Below, piece by piece: positions 18,910 to 27,636 of a stretch of DNA of 64,000 nt. This DNA comes from Deltaproteobacteria bacterium (lineage in GTDB: Bacteria > Myxococcota_A > UBA9160 > SMWR01). Where the stretch lies: positions 5,385-69,384 of the forward strand of contig JAQBHB010000002.1 in the NCBI GenBank assembly GCA_032128115.1, given 5' to 3'. The notes below the pieces were generated by a model. That model had not been told where the DNA came from. It did not search any database and saw only the letters and a program-made list of their open reading frames with translations. The translations under genes were made by a program, and so were the position numbers. Position 1 is the stretch's first letter, and every line of letters starts with the position of its first letter.

Positions 18910-19529
18910 GAGCTTGCGCCCTCACCGCCCGCCAGGCAGGCGTAGGCGACGAAGCGGCCGTGGTGCGAGAGCGAGAGCAGGGGCGCGGTGCCGCCCGAGA
19001 ACTCGACCTGCGGCACACGCCCGCTGCGCTCGATGCGAAGCTCGCGCGGCGCGACACGAAGCAGCCGGGCGACACCCGCCACCGCCAGATCGCGCGCGGC
19101 GCGACCCGGCGCCGCCGCCGAGAGTTCGCCTTCGACCCGCGCCACTTCCGCCTTCACGAGCCCCATGCGGGCACAAGGGTGGGTCGCAACGGCGTGCACG
19201 CAATCAGCTTCGAGTGTCACCCGCACGCGAAGGCGCAGCTCGCCGTGTATCACGTAGCCGGCCAGGACATCGCCGCCGCCGACACTCTCGGGTCGCAGCC
19301 GCGTCACGAATCGCGACGGCGCGAAAACCGCGTCCGGATCCACCCGGCGAGCGGCCTTGTAGGCGCTTTCCTTGGCGGCCCACAGCGCCCAGCGCAAGCA
19401 GTCGGGCCGTTCGCTGCACGCCAGCAGCCGGCGCTCGCTCCGCGCGAACACCCGCGCGTCGAAACCCGGATGTTGGGCACCCGGACGCGTCTCCGGATCA
19501 CCCAGATCGACTACGTCGTTACCGACCAT
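18906..19529 (-). CDS. 4'-phosphopantetheinyl transferase (Sfp/EntD type)
   Basis: 207 aa. Contains the WAAKESAYKA motif. ATGA overlap with the carboxylase start. Confidence 0.8.
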   Translation of the reverse strand: MVGNDVVDLGDPETRPGAQHPGFDARVFARSERRLLACSERPDCLRWALWAAKESAYKAARRVDPDAVFAPSRFVTRLRPESVGGGDVLAGYVIHGELRLRVRVTLEADCVHAVATHPCARMGLVKAEVARVEGELSAAAPGRAARDLAVAGVARLLRVAPRELRIERSGRVPQVEFSGGTAPLLSLSHHGRFVAYACLAGGEGASS

Positions 19530-20280
19530 CGAAGTACCGCTGTTCCATGTCGGCCAGGCAGCCCACGATCTGCTTGGCGATCTCGAGAGATCCCCGCAGG
19601 CCCGGGTGATCGGTCTTGGGTTCGACCCACCGGAGCGACACCCGGAAGCGATCCCCGCGCGCCGGGAAGTCGGACCAGTCGTCCTGGCCTTCTCCGCGCA
19701 TGTAGACGCACAGCACCCGACAGCCGGGCAGCGAGCGCAGCATGCGCCCCACGCCGTAGGCCGCCGCCTCGGGATCGACGCGTCCCGTGCGGCTGCGCCC
19801 CCCTTCCGGAAACACGAGGCCCACCTCGCCGCGCGCGAGCAGACTCGCGAAGCGTTGCATCACCTGGGTCGCTTCGCCCCGCGGGCCTCCCCGTTGGATG
19901 GGAAGGCACTTGAAGATGTAGGCCGCCACCCGACGGGTGAAGGTGGTGGCGAAGTTCATCCGCTCCGGCAGGTTCCAGGCCAGGGACGAGAAGTGGATCA
20001 GGTAGAACCACGGCGATCCCAGGGCCCAGCCGATCAGGAACGAATCGATCAGGGTCAGGTGGTTTGCGCACAACAGGAGCGGCGCGCCGTTCTCGCGCCG
20101 GATCGCGGCGTACGCGCGGCGAACCTCCCGCAGGCCCTCGATCCGGTATCGAAAGCCCAGACGCAGGACGGCGACCACCGCCGGCACCGTGAGCGGCGCC
20201 AGGGCGTACGCGATCCCGCGTTGGAGTGCGAGCTCCAGTCGAGGCCGCAACGGAGGGCGGCTTCTCGATGTCGTTGCCAC
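19519..20280 (-). CDS. Lysophospholipid / 1-acyl-sn-glycerol-3-phosphate acyltransferase family (PlsC-like)
   Basis: NHLTLIDS is the H(X)4D motif and FPEGGRSRTG is block III. GTG start overlaps the ACP stop by 1 nt. Confidence 0.8.
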   Translation of the reverse strand: MATTSRSRPPLRPRLELALQRGIAYALAPLTVPAVVAVLRLGFRYRIEGLREVRRAYAAIRRENGAPLLLCANHLTLIDSFLIGWALGSPWFYLIHFSSLAWNLPERMNFATTFTRRVAAYIFKCLPIQRGGPRGEATQVMQRFASLLARGEVGLVFPEGGRSRTGRVDPEAAAYGVGRMLRSLPGCRVLCVYMRGEGQDDWSDFPARGDRFRVSLRWVEPKTDHPGLRGSLEIAKQIVGCLADMEQRYFDGR

Positions 20281-20528
20281 TAGGAGATCTTGCCCTCGAT
20301 CAGGGTCACCGCGTCGCCCACGGTCTGCACCGTGTCCACATCGTCATCGGCGATCTCGATGTCGAAGGCGTCCTCGAACTCGAGCACCACGTCCACGAGG
20401 CGCGCCGAGTTCACCTTGAGGTCGTCCAGGATATGCGTGCCCATGGCCACTCCGTCCAGTGCTCCATGGTTCTTCACATACGGCGTCAAGATCTTTACCA
20501 CTCGCTCGAACACTTCCTGCTGACTCAC
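20280..20528 (-). CDS. Acyl carrier protein
   Basis: 83 aa from GTG 20528, preceded by AAGGAGGG 3 nt upstream. DDLKVNSARLVDVVLEFEDAFDIEI fits the ACP helix II Ser-attachment context. Confidence 0.8.
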   Translation of the reverse strand: MSQQEVFERVVKILTPYVKNHGALDGVAMGTHILDDLKVNSARLVDVVLEFEDAFDIEIADDDVDTVQTVGDAVTLIEGKIS

Positions 20529-20553
20529 GTTCCCTCCTTTGCGGTGAGCGCTC

Positions 20554-21846
20554 TCAGTCGCTCCATTTTCGAAAAACCAGACAAGCATTCACGTCTCCGA
20601 ACCCGAAGCCGGCCTTCACGATCACCTCCAGGCCGGGCAGCTCCAGGGCTTCGTGGGGGATCGACGCCGCGTGCGGCTCGATCTCGGGGTGCACGTCCTC
20701 GCAGTTGATCGAGGGATGCACGAAGCCCTCGTGCAGCATCAGCACGCAGGCGATCGACTCGATGGCGCCCGCGGCGCCCAGCGTGTGGCCGATCATCGAC
20801 TTGGTCGACGTGATGGGGGGCAGATGCCCGGGCTTGCGCTCGAGCGCCGCGGCCCAGGCCGACACCTCGCGCGGGTCGGCCCCGGTGGCCGTCAGGTGCC
20901 CGTTGATGGCGCCCACCTCGCCGGCGTCCACGGCCGCGTCGGCCAGCGCCGCGCGGATGCAGCGGCGCACTCCGTCCGGGTTGGGAGCCGTCATGCTGCC
21001 GCCCCCCCGCTGTCCGCCACAGTTCACGTCTCCGCCGGCCACCTCGGCATAGATGTGGGCGCCGCGGGTCCGGGCGCTCGCAAGGCTCTCGAGCAACACG
21101 ACGCCGGCCCCGCAGCCCGCCACGAATCCGCCGGCGCTGGCACTCATGGGTCGGGAGGCGCGCTCGGGCTCGTCGTTGAAGCGACGGCACAACACCCGCA
21201 TGGCGTCGAAGCCCGCCCAGATGTAGTGGCTCTCGCCCTCGGCGCCGCCGCACAGCATGCGGTCGGCCAGGCCGCGGCGGATGCGCAGCACGCCCTCGTA
21301 GATGGCCTCGGTTCCCGTGCTGCACGCGCTCGAGTTGGTGGTCACCTGGTTGCCCAGGGCCAGCAGCCCGCCGACCCGCGCCGAGATCCCGCTGGCCATG
21401 ACCTGCTCCACCGCCGTGCTTCCCAGGCGCCGCACCTTCTTGGCGTTGGTGAGGGGGACGAGCCTCTCGCCGGTGGTGTCCATGCCGCCAATGCCCGTGC
21501 CAATCACGCAACCCGATCCCCAGTCCACGGCGCTGTCGTCGTCGGGCTCCGGCCGGGGGAGGCCGCCGTCGCGCCAGGCGTCCAGGGCCGCGATGGACGC
21601 GAAGCGATGGCCCGAGTTCATGGCCATCAGCTCGTCCTCGTCGAAGGTCGCCGAGGCAATCTCGTCCACGCCCCGGGGCACCCCGGCTACGCGGCTTCCG
21701 AATTCGCACTCCAGCATGCGTTCGTGAACCCGGATCCCCGACCTCCCCTTGCGCAGGGCCAGGGCAAAGTCGTGGGGACTGTTGCCGTTGGGCGCCACCA
21801 CACCCATCCCGGTGATGACGACGCGCGTCCGATCGTCTCGAGTCAT
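20554..21846 (-). CDS. Beta-ketoacyl-ACP synthase I/II (FabB/FabF-like, Cys-His-His)
   Basis: Inner ATG of ORF 20554..22584. Contains RVVITGMGVVAPNG; NSSACSTGTEAI (active Cys); INGHLTATGADPRE and STKSMIGHTLGAAGAIE (two His). Confidence 0.9.
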   Translation of the reverse strand: MTRDDRTRVVITGMGVVAPNGNSPHDFALALRKGRSGIRVHERMLECEFGSRVAGVPRGVDEIASATFDEDELMAMNSGHRFASIAALDAWRDGGLPRPEPDDDSAVDWGSGCVIGTGIGGMDTTGERLVPLTNAKKVRRLGSTAVEQVMASGISARVGGLLALGNQVTTNSSACSTGTEAIYEGVLRIRRGLADRMLCGGAEGESHYIWAGFDAMRVLCRRFNDEPERASRPMSASAGGFVAGCGAGVVLLESLASARTRGAHIYAEVAGGDVNCGGQRGGGSMTAPNPDGVRRCIRAALADAAVDAGEVGAINGHLTATGADPREVSAWAAALERKPGHLPPITSTKSMIGHTLGAAGAIESIACVLMLHEGFVHPSINCEDVHPEIEPHAASIPHEALELPGLEVIVKAGFGFGDVNACLVFRKWSD

Positions 21847-22304
21847 CGCGGCACCCCCATCCCGGAGAGCACGCCGGAACACACGACGCTGCCATCCGGA
21901 AGACGCATCTCCACCTGGGAGCGCAGCTTGCGTCGCCGGAAGAAGACCTTGCGCGCGTGGACCGTGACGCGATCCGCCGGATTCACGACGCCCGAGAAAT
22001 CCACCTGGACGTCGGTAAACAGCGTGAGGATCTTGCCACCCTCGTCGTCGGAACCGTCGAGAGCCAGCAGGTAGATTCCCAGGGCCACCACGCCGGCCTG
22101 GGCCATGGCCTCCACCAGGATCACGCCCGGCGTGATCGGCCTGCCAGGAAAATGGCCGCGGTAGAACTCCAGTTCTGGAGAGAAGCACACGGTCGACACC
22201 ACGTGGTCGTCGTCGATCTCGAGGATCTGATCGATGAACCGGAACGGCTCCCGATGCGGGATCCGGTCGAGTACCTGCTGGGGCGTCAGCACGCGTCCGG
22301 TCAT
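21843..22304 (-). CDS. fabZ: 3-hydroxyacyl-ACP dehydratase FabZ-like
   Basis: Contains IPHREPFRFID...FYRGHFPGRPITPGVILVEAMAQ. ATGA overlaps on both sides. Confidence 0.85.
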   Translation of the reverse strand: MTGRVLTPQQVLDRIPHREPFRFIDQILEIDDDHVVSTVCFSPELEFYRGHFPGRPITPGVILVEAMAQAGVVALGIYLLALDGSDDEGGKILTLFTDVQVDFSGVVNPADRVTVHARKVFFRRRKLRSQVEMRLPDGSVVCSGVLSGMGVPR

Positions 22305-22891
22305 CGCTCCATCCTCCCCCCGCGCGAGCGTTCACTCGGGTGCGGGTAGTCGGCGTAGAGGATGTCCCGGAAGGTTCCCACCTTGGCGCGCTTGATGCTG
22401 TAGACCGGCTCGTCGTCCACCAGCACGGTGGCGTCTCCCAACACCATGCTGGCGCCTGCGTGGGCGATTTCGGTGTAGCGGCGCACATCGATCTCGGTGC
22501 GCACGCAGCCGTCGTGGGGCCGGATCTGTCCGAAGAACTCCACCTCGCCACAGCCCAGGGCCCGCCCCGCACCGAGGCCACCACTCTGGACGCAGAAGAA
22601 ACCCAGCAGCTGCCACACCCCGTCCAGCCCCAGACACCCGGGCTGAACCGGATCGCCGCGGAAGTGACAGCTGAAGAACCAGTCGTCGAGCCCCACGTCG
22701 CGCTCGGCCACGATGCGCCCGCGGGTTCCCTGGCGCTGGATCTCCAGCACCCGGTCGAGCATCAGCATGGGCGGCAACGGCAGCCGCGCCTCGAAGCTTT
22801 CCGGCGCATCGGACACCAGGGTTCCGTTGGCGAAGGCCAGCAGATCCTCCTTGGCGAAACTCTTGCGCGACAGGAATTCTTCGTAGGTCAT
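22301..22891 (-). CDS. fabA: 3-hydroxydecanoyl-ACP dehydratase/isomerase FabA-like
   Basis: Inner ATG of ORF 22301..23800. LPLPPMLMLDRV...DDWFFSCHFRGDPVQPGCLGLDGVWQLLGFF matches the FabA active-site region. Confidence 0.85.
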   Translation of the reverse strand: MTYEEFLSRKSFAKEDLLAFANGTLVSDAPESFEARLPLPPMLMLDRVLEIQRQGTRGRIVAERDVGLDDWFFSCHFRGDPVQPGCLGLDGVWQLLGFFCVQSGGLGAGRALGCGEVEFFGQIRPHDGCVRTEIDVRRYTEIAHAGASMVLGDATVLVDDEPVYSIKRAKVGTFRDILYADYPHPSERSRGGRMER

Positions 22892-23895
22892 GCGGGCTCC
22901 TGGGGGCGCTCCTCGAAGCGAAGCAGGTAGCTCGCCCACGTGAGCCCGGCGCCCACGCCCACCACGGCCACGTCGTCCCGATCGGCCCACTTCTCCCAAT
23001 GCATGGAGAGCACCGAGGCGGAGCCGGCGGCCGCCGTATTGCCGAACCACTCCACGTTGTGGTGGTGGCACTCGGGCGCGATGCCGCACTGGTTTCGCAC
23101 CGACTCCAGCATCAGGCGGTTGGCCTGGTGCCCCACGAAGTGGAAGCCCCGGTGGTCGTCGGCGTATTCCTCGCGCAGGGCGTTCAGGCAGCGGGTCATG
23201 CGCTTGATGCCGAAGGTCTGGACCGTGCGGCCCTCCTGGCGGAAATGACCGATCCGCGGCACCACCACCTTGTCGCCCCCCGCTGGGCTCGACGCGAGCG
23301 TGCTCGTCACCACCCGGGCTCGCGCCGGATGCCGCGTGGACACCACCGCCGCCGCGGCCCCGTCGCCCCACAACACCGCGGACGCGCGATCCGTGTAGTC
23401 CACGGTCTTGGTGAGACAGTCGGGCACGGCCAGCAGCACATAGTCGGGCAACCGGTCGGGCTGCATGCGCATCAGCAGGTCCATCTGGACGTAGAAGCTC
23501 GTGCACGCGGACACCACGTCGAAGGCGGGCACCTCGAGACCCAGCAGGCGAGCGATGTTGCAGGCTTCGGCCGGAGACGACGTGTCCGAGGCCGAGCCGC
23601 CGGCGATCACCATCCCGATCGCGTCTTTCGAAATCCCCGCCCGCTCGATGGCCATGGCGGCGGCCTGGCTGCCAAGCTCCGCGTTCGACACCACGGCGGC
23701 CTCCATGGCGCCGCGGGGATCGCGATTGCGCGTTTCGCGGATGTAATCCAGGGGCAGCACGGTGCGGCGCGCGCGGATCCCGGTTCGCTCCAGGATCCAC
23801 TCGTCACTGGTTCCGATGTCCAGCTCTTCCAGGAAGCGGTTGTCCATCTCGTTGTCCGGGTGCTGGTGGCCGAATCCGTGCACGAACAGCGTCAT
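22888..23895 (-). CDS. Beta-ketoacyl-ACP synthase III family (FabH-like, Cys-His-Asn)
   Basis: Inner ATG of ORF 22888..23973. Contains SDEWILERTGIRARR, DVVSACTSF (Cys), VGHQANRLM (His) and FGNTAAAGSASV (Asn). Confidence 0.85.
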   Translation of the reverse strand: MTLFVHGFGHQHPDNEMDNRFLEELDIGTSDEWILERTGIRARRTVLPLDYIRETRNRDPRGAMEAAVVSNAELGSQAAAMAIERAGISKDAIGMVIAGGSASDTSSPAEACNIARLLGLEVPAFDVVSACTSFYVQMDLLMRMQPDRLPDYVLLAVPDCLTKTVDYTDRASAVLWGDGAAAAVVSTRHPARARVVTSTLASSPAGGDKVVVPRIGHFRQEGRTVQTFGIKRMTRCLNALREEYADDHRGFHFVGHQANRLMLESVRNQCGIAPECHHHNVEWFGNTAAAGSASVLSMHWEKWADRDDVAVVGVGAGLTWASYLLRFEERPQEPA

Positions 23896-24842
23896 CGCTG
23901 CACCCCGGAGATGTGCTCGCCGCCGTCGACCCGGATCACTTCGCCGTTGATCCAGGCTGCGTCGTCGCTGCACAGCAGGTAGATGGCATTGGCCACGTCG
24001 CGCGGCGTGGTGAGCCGGCCCAGGGGGTTGCGGCTGCGAGCCTGGGCCTTCAGGTGGTCGCTGCCGGGAATCGCCTGCAGGGCGGGGGTGTCGGTGATGC
24101 CCGCCTGCACCACGTTGGAGCGGATCCCGAAGGGCGCAAGCTCCACGGCCATGGCCCGGGCGATGGACTCCAGCGCCACCTTGGCCGCGGCCACACCGGC
24201 GTAGCCCTTCCAGGCCACCTGATTGCCCTCACTGGTGAGGCCCAGCACCCGCGCGTCCGACGCGAACAGCCCGCGGGTGAGCACGGCCTGGGTCCAGCCC
24301 AGCAGGCTCGTGCCCATACTGTGGATCGTGCGGCCCAGGTCTTCCTCATCCAGGTAGCGCGTCGGGTAGCTGGGCGCGCTGGCGAGCGACTGCAGGGCAT
24401 CGACACCGCCGGCGAAGAGTTCGTCCACGGCGCTCCTCACCCGGGCCGCATCCACGCCCAGCGACGTCGCAAGTGCTTCGGCGGCCTGGTCGCGGTCCGG
24501 ATTTCTTGTCTCGGGCGCAATCAGCTTCAGGTTCCCGAAGGCGATGGAGTGCAGCAGCATGCGGACCCGGCCGTCTTCCCCCAGGGCCGCGGCGAGCTGC
24601 GCGAGGATCTCGTCACGCTTTTCCGAATCCAGGGCATCGGCGTTGAACGTGAGCAGCGACACCCCGGTGCCGCGCAGTTTCTCGAACTCGGGCTCGATGC
24701 GTGCCATGGCGCCACGGCGATCCCGGTGAACGAGACACAGGTTCATTCCGTGCTCGGCGAGTTTGTGGGCAGTGGCGAGACCGAAGCCGCTGGATCCGCC
24801 GAGGATCAGACCCCAATGTCCGGATTCGAACGCAGCTGTCAC
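23892..24842 (-). CDS. SDR-type enoyl-ACP reductase, FabL/FabI-like
   Basis: GTG 24842 is preceded by AGGGGGG and followed by GLILGGSSGFG (Rossmann). HSIAFGN is like the FabI HSIAFA motif. YAGVAAAK is Tyr-x6-Lys, the enoyl-reductase spacing rather than the ketoreductase Y-x3-K. DTPALQAIPGSDHLKAQARSRNPLGRL parallels B. subtilis FabL as I recall it. Confidence 0.7.
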   Translation of the reverse strand: MTAAFESGHWGLILGGSSGFGLATAHKLAEHGMNLCLVHRDRRGAMARIEPEFEKLRGTGVSLLTFNADALDSEKRDEILAQLAAALGEDGRVRMLLHSIAFGNLKLIAPETRNPDRDQAAEALATSLGVDAARVRSAVDELFAGGVDALQSLASAPSYPTRYLDEEDLGRTIHSMGTSLLGWTQAVLTRGLFASDARVLGLTSEGNQVAWKGYAGVAAAKVALESIARAMAVELAPFGIRSNVVQAGITDTPALQAIPGSDHLKAQARSRNPLGRLTTPRDVANAIYLLCSDDAAWINGEVIRVDGGEHISGVQR

Positions 24843-24954
24843 CGGTCCCCCCTGGTTGCGCGATGGCCGCGACCCCGAGTCGGTATGCTCCCCCTCGGCG
24901 GACGCTTCCGCCACGGAACACACAAACATGACTCCGGGTCAATCGAAGGGCCGG

Positions 24955-25018
24955 AAATATGACTAACGGTCATTTTCATGTCAAGGGTCCGAGCTGAAAC
25001 ATAGAATGTAGGTGTTTC
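24955..25018. promoter_or_regulatory. AT-rich divergent promoter island with two palindromes (candidate operator sites)
   Basis: IR1 at 24955-24976 is AAATATGAC-taacg-GTCATTTT (core ATGAC/GTCAT perfect). IR2 at 24996-25018 is GAAACA-n11-TGTTTC. Local GC is far below the flanks. The island lies between the operon start (24842, minus) and the ATG at 25029 (plus). Confidence 0.5.
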
Positions 25019-25028
25019 GCAACACTCC

Positions 25029-25649
25029 ATGAAAACCCCCATCCTCGAGTTCTGGTTCGAATTCGCGAGCACCTACTCCTACCTGGCGGCGGAGCAGGTC
25101 GAGGCCCGAGCAGGGGTCTCAGGCGTCGACGTCGCCTGGAGGCCCTTCCTGCTGGGCCCGATCTTCCGCGCCCAGGGCTTTGCCGACTCGCCCTTCAACC
25201 TGTTTCCCGCCAAGGGCCGCTACATGTGGCGAGACCTTGCGCGCCTGTGCGCGAAGTACGGAGTGGCATTCTCGCGGCCCAGCGTCTTCCCCCGCAACGG
25301 GCTGCTGGCCGCCCGCGTGGCGTGCGCGGCCGCGTCCGAGCCCTGGCTTCCCGACTTCGTGCGCGCCGGCTACCGCGCAAACTTCGCCCTCGATCGGGAC
25401 ATCGCCGACCCCCGGGTGCTGGTGACGCTTCTGGACGACCTGGGCCAACCGGGAGCCGCGATTCTCGAGCGCGCGGCGTCGAACGAGAACAAGCTCGCCC
25501 TGCGCGCCCAATCCGAGCGCGCCGCAAGTCTGGGAATCTTCGGGGCTCCGAGCTTCCGGGTGGGGAGTGAACTCTTCTGGGGCCACGACCGCCTGGACGA
25601 TGCACTCGCGTGGTGCGTCCGGGATGCGCTGGGCGACGGCGATTCGTAA
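25029..25649 (+). CDS. 2-hydroxychromene-2-carboxylate isomerase / DsbA-like family
   Basis: Contains ILEFWFEFASTYSYLA...GRYMWRDLARLCAKYGV...GIFGAPSFRVGSELFWGHDRLD. Confidence 0.8.
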   Translation: MKTPILEFWFEFASTYSYLAAEQVEARAGVSGVDVAWRPFLLGPIFRAQGFADSPFNLFPAKGRYMWRDLARLCAKYGVAFSRPSVFPRNGLLAARVACAAASEPWLPDFVRAGYRANFALDRDIADPRVLVTLLDDLGQPGAAILERAASNENKLALRAQSERAASLGIFGAPSFRVGSELFWGHDRLDDALAWCVRDALGDGDS

Positions 25650-25658
25650 GCTGCCGCC

Positions 25659-26690
25659 ATGTCGGAAGCCCAACCGGGCCAGCTGTTGTTCGCGGGATTC
25701 GAAGGCACGCGGCTCCCGCGCGATCTGGCCGATCTCATCGCCGCCGGCCGGCTGGGGGGTGTCGTGCTGTTCGCCCGCAACCTGCAGGGCCCCGAGCAGG
25801 CGCGCGCCCTGGTCGACGCCCTACACGCGAGCGCACCCCCCGACACGCCGCTCACGGTGGCGATCGACCAGGAAGGCGGCCGCGTGCAGCGCCTGCGCGC
25901 GCCCTGGACCGAGTGGCCGCCCATGCGGCGACTCGGGGAACGCGATTCCCTCGAAGACGTGCGCCAGCTGGCCCGCGCCCTGGGACGCGAGCTCGCGGAT
26001 CTGCGCATCGATCTCGACTTCGCGCCGGTGGTGGACGTGGACACCAATCCGGACAACCCGGTGATCGGCGACCGCAGCTTCTCCCGCGACCCGGAGCAGG
26101 TGGGACGCCTGGCGGCGGCATTCGTCGCGGCCCTCCAGGATGAGGGCGTCGCCGCCTGTGCGAAGCATTTCCCCGGCCATGGGGATACGTCGGTGGACAG
26201 CCACCTGGACCTGCCGCGCATCGACCACGATCTCTCGCGCTTGCGGGCCACCGAGATTCCACCCTTCCAGGCGGCCATCGACGCGGGTGTGGCCAGCATC
26301 ATGACGGCCCACATCCTGCTGCCCCAGCTGTCGCAGCACATGCCCGCCACGCTCTCGCGCGAGGTGTTGCAGATATTGCGCAGCGACCTGGGCTACGACG
26401 GGCTCGTCTTCGGGGACGATTTCGAGATGGCCGCCGTGGCCGAGCACTTCACGCCCGAGCAGGCCACGGAGGCAGCCCTTGCAGCCGGCGTGGACGCGGT
26501 GATGGTGTGCAAGCGCGCGGACCTCCGGGATCAGGTCCTGGCGGCGCTCGAAGCCGCGCCGGAGTCGCTGCTCGCGCCGGCGTTCGCGCGCATGCGCCAC
26601 TTCAAGCGCGAGTGGTCGGGAGGGCGACACGCCAGCGGGGCAAGCCCTCCGTACGCGCAGCACCTGGGGCTGGCAAGGCGTCTGGCCTGA
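25659..26690 (+). CDS. nagZ: Beta-N-acetylhexosaminidase (GH3)
   Basis: Contains AIDQEGGRVQRL...DLDFAPVVDV...KHFPGHGDTSVDSHLDLP. Confidence 0.85.
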   Translation: MSEAQPGQLLFAGFEGTRLPRDLADLIAAGRLGGVVLFARNLQGPEQARALVDALHASAPPDTPLTVAIDQEGGRVQRLRAPWTEWPPMRRLGERDSLEDVRQLARALGRELADLRIDLDFAPVVDVDTNPDNPVIGDRSFSRDPEQVGRLAAAFVAALQDEGVAACAKHFPGHGDTSVDSHLDLPRIDHDLSRLRATEIPPFQAAIDAGVASIMTAHILLPQLSQHMPATLSREVLQILRSDLGYDGLVFGDDFEMAAVAEHFTPEQATEAALAAGVDAVMVCKRADLRDQVLAALEAAPESLLAPAFARMRHFKREWSGGRHASGASPPYAQHLGLARRLA

Positions 26691-26703
26691 GTCCTTTGCC
26701 AGC

Positions 26704-27474
26704 TCAGAAGGGCCAGTTGCTGGCGATCAGACCGCCGTCCACTTCCATCACCTTGCCGGTGACGAAGCTCGACGCCGGCGACGCCAGATAGAGAGCCGCC
26801 AGGGCGATGTCCTCCACCTGGCCGATGCGAGCCATGGGCGTTCTCGACTCCATGGCACCGCGAAGTTCGTCGTTCAGGAACGGCGCCAGGGCCGAGGTCT
26901 CCACGGCGCCCACGCCAATGGCGTTCACGCGCACGTTCGGTGCGAACTCGGCCGCCAGCTGTTGGGTCATGAACGACAGCGCTGCCTTCGCAGTGCCGTA
27001 GGCCACGAAGTTTGCCTGGGGCAGGCGTCCCGCGGCCGACGAGATGTTCACGATCGAGCCGCCGCCGGTCTCCAGCATGTGGGGAATCACCAGACGACTC
27101 ATGTGGAAGGCCGTGGTCACGTTGAAGTGGAAGGCGCGCTCCAGGCTGCGGTCGCTGGTCTGGAGGGCGGCCTTCGGCGGCGAGCCTCCGGCGTTGTTCA
27201 CCAGGATGTCGATGCGACCGAATTCCTTGAGGGTCTGGGCCACCACGTCGTCGAGCTGTTCGTCCTGCATCACGTCGCAGGGGACGGCCAGGGCCCGCCG
27301 TCCCAGACTGCGCACCTTCGCGGCCACGGCCTCGATCTGTTCGAGCGTACGGGCGGCGCACACCACGTTCGCTCCCATCTCGGCGAACGCCAGGGCCGAG
27401 CCCTCGCCGATGCCGCGGCCGGCGCCGGTCACGATCGCCACCTTGTCGTCGAGTCGGAATCGATCCAGGATCAC
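26704..27474 (-). CDS. Classical SDR oxidoreductase (FabG-like ketoreductase type)
   Basis: Contains VAIVTGAGRGIG, NNAGG and YGTAKAAL (Y-x3-K). Confidence 0.8.
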   Translation of the reverse strand: MILDRFRLDDKVAIVTGAGRGIGEGSALAFAEMGANVVCAARTLEQIEAVAAKVRSLGRRALAVPCDVMQDEQLDDVVAQTLKEFGRIDILVNNAGGSPPKAALQTSDRSLERAFHFNVTTAFHMSRLVIPHMLETGGGSIVNISSAAGRLPQANFVAYGTAKAALSFMTQQLAAEFAPNVRVNAIGVGAVETSALAPFLNDELRGAMESRTPMARIGQVEDIALAALYLASPASSFVTGKVMEVDGGLIASNWPF

Positions 27475-27636
27475 GGACGGACCTCCTCACTGCCATCGTC
27501 GAATGGAACGGGTCATTATAGACTGCCGCTGGCCCCGGGAGGTGCCGTGTGATGGTCAAGCGGGTGTTCGTCTTGCTGCGTCTTCCGCATCGGGCCCAGG
27601 AGAACGCAGTCGTTGGGAAGTAGGCAACACCGCCCC

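Noticed and set aside
24843-24929. ATG at 24929 as the start of the enoyl reductase, and similarly the ATG at 3799 for the alpha/beta hydrolase and the long upstream starts of many track ORFs.
   Set aside because: The extensions are low-complexity, precede the Rossmann or conserved N-termini by 30-250 aa, and would create large overlaps with upstream genes. Inner starts have SD-like sequences or 4-nt coupling overlaps.
26704-27474. The FabG-like SDR as the missing ketoreductase of the lipid cassette.
   Set aside because: It is on the same strand but separated from the operon by two opposite-strand genes and a promoter island. There is no evidence of co-transcription. It is mentioned only as a possible trans-acting supplier.
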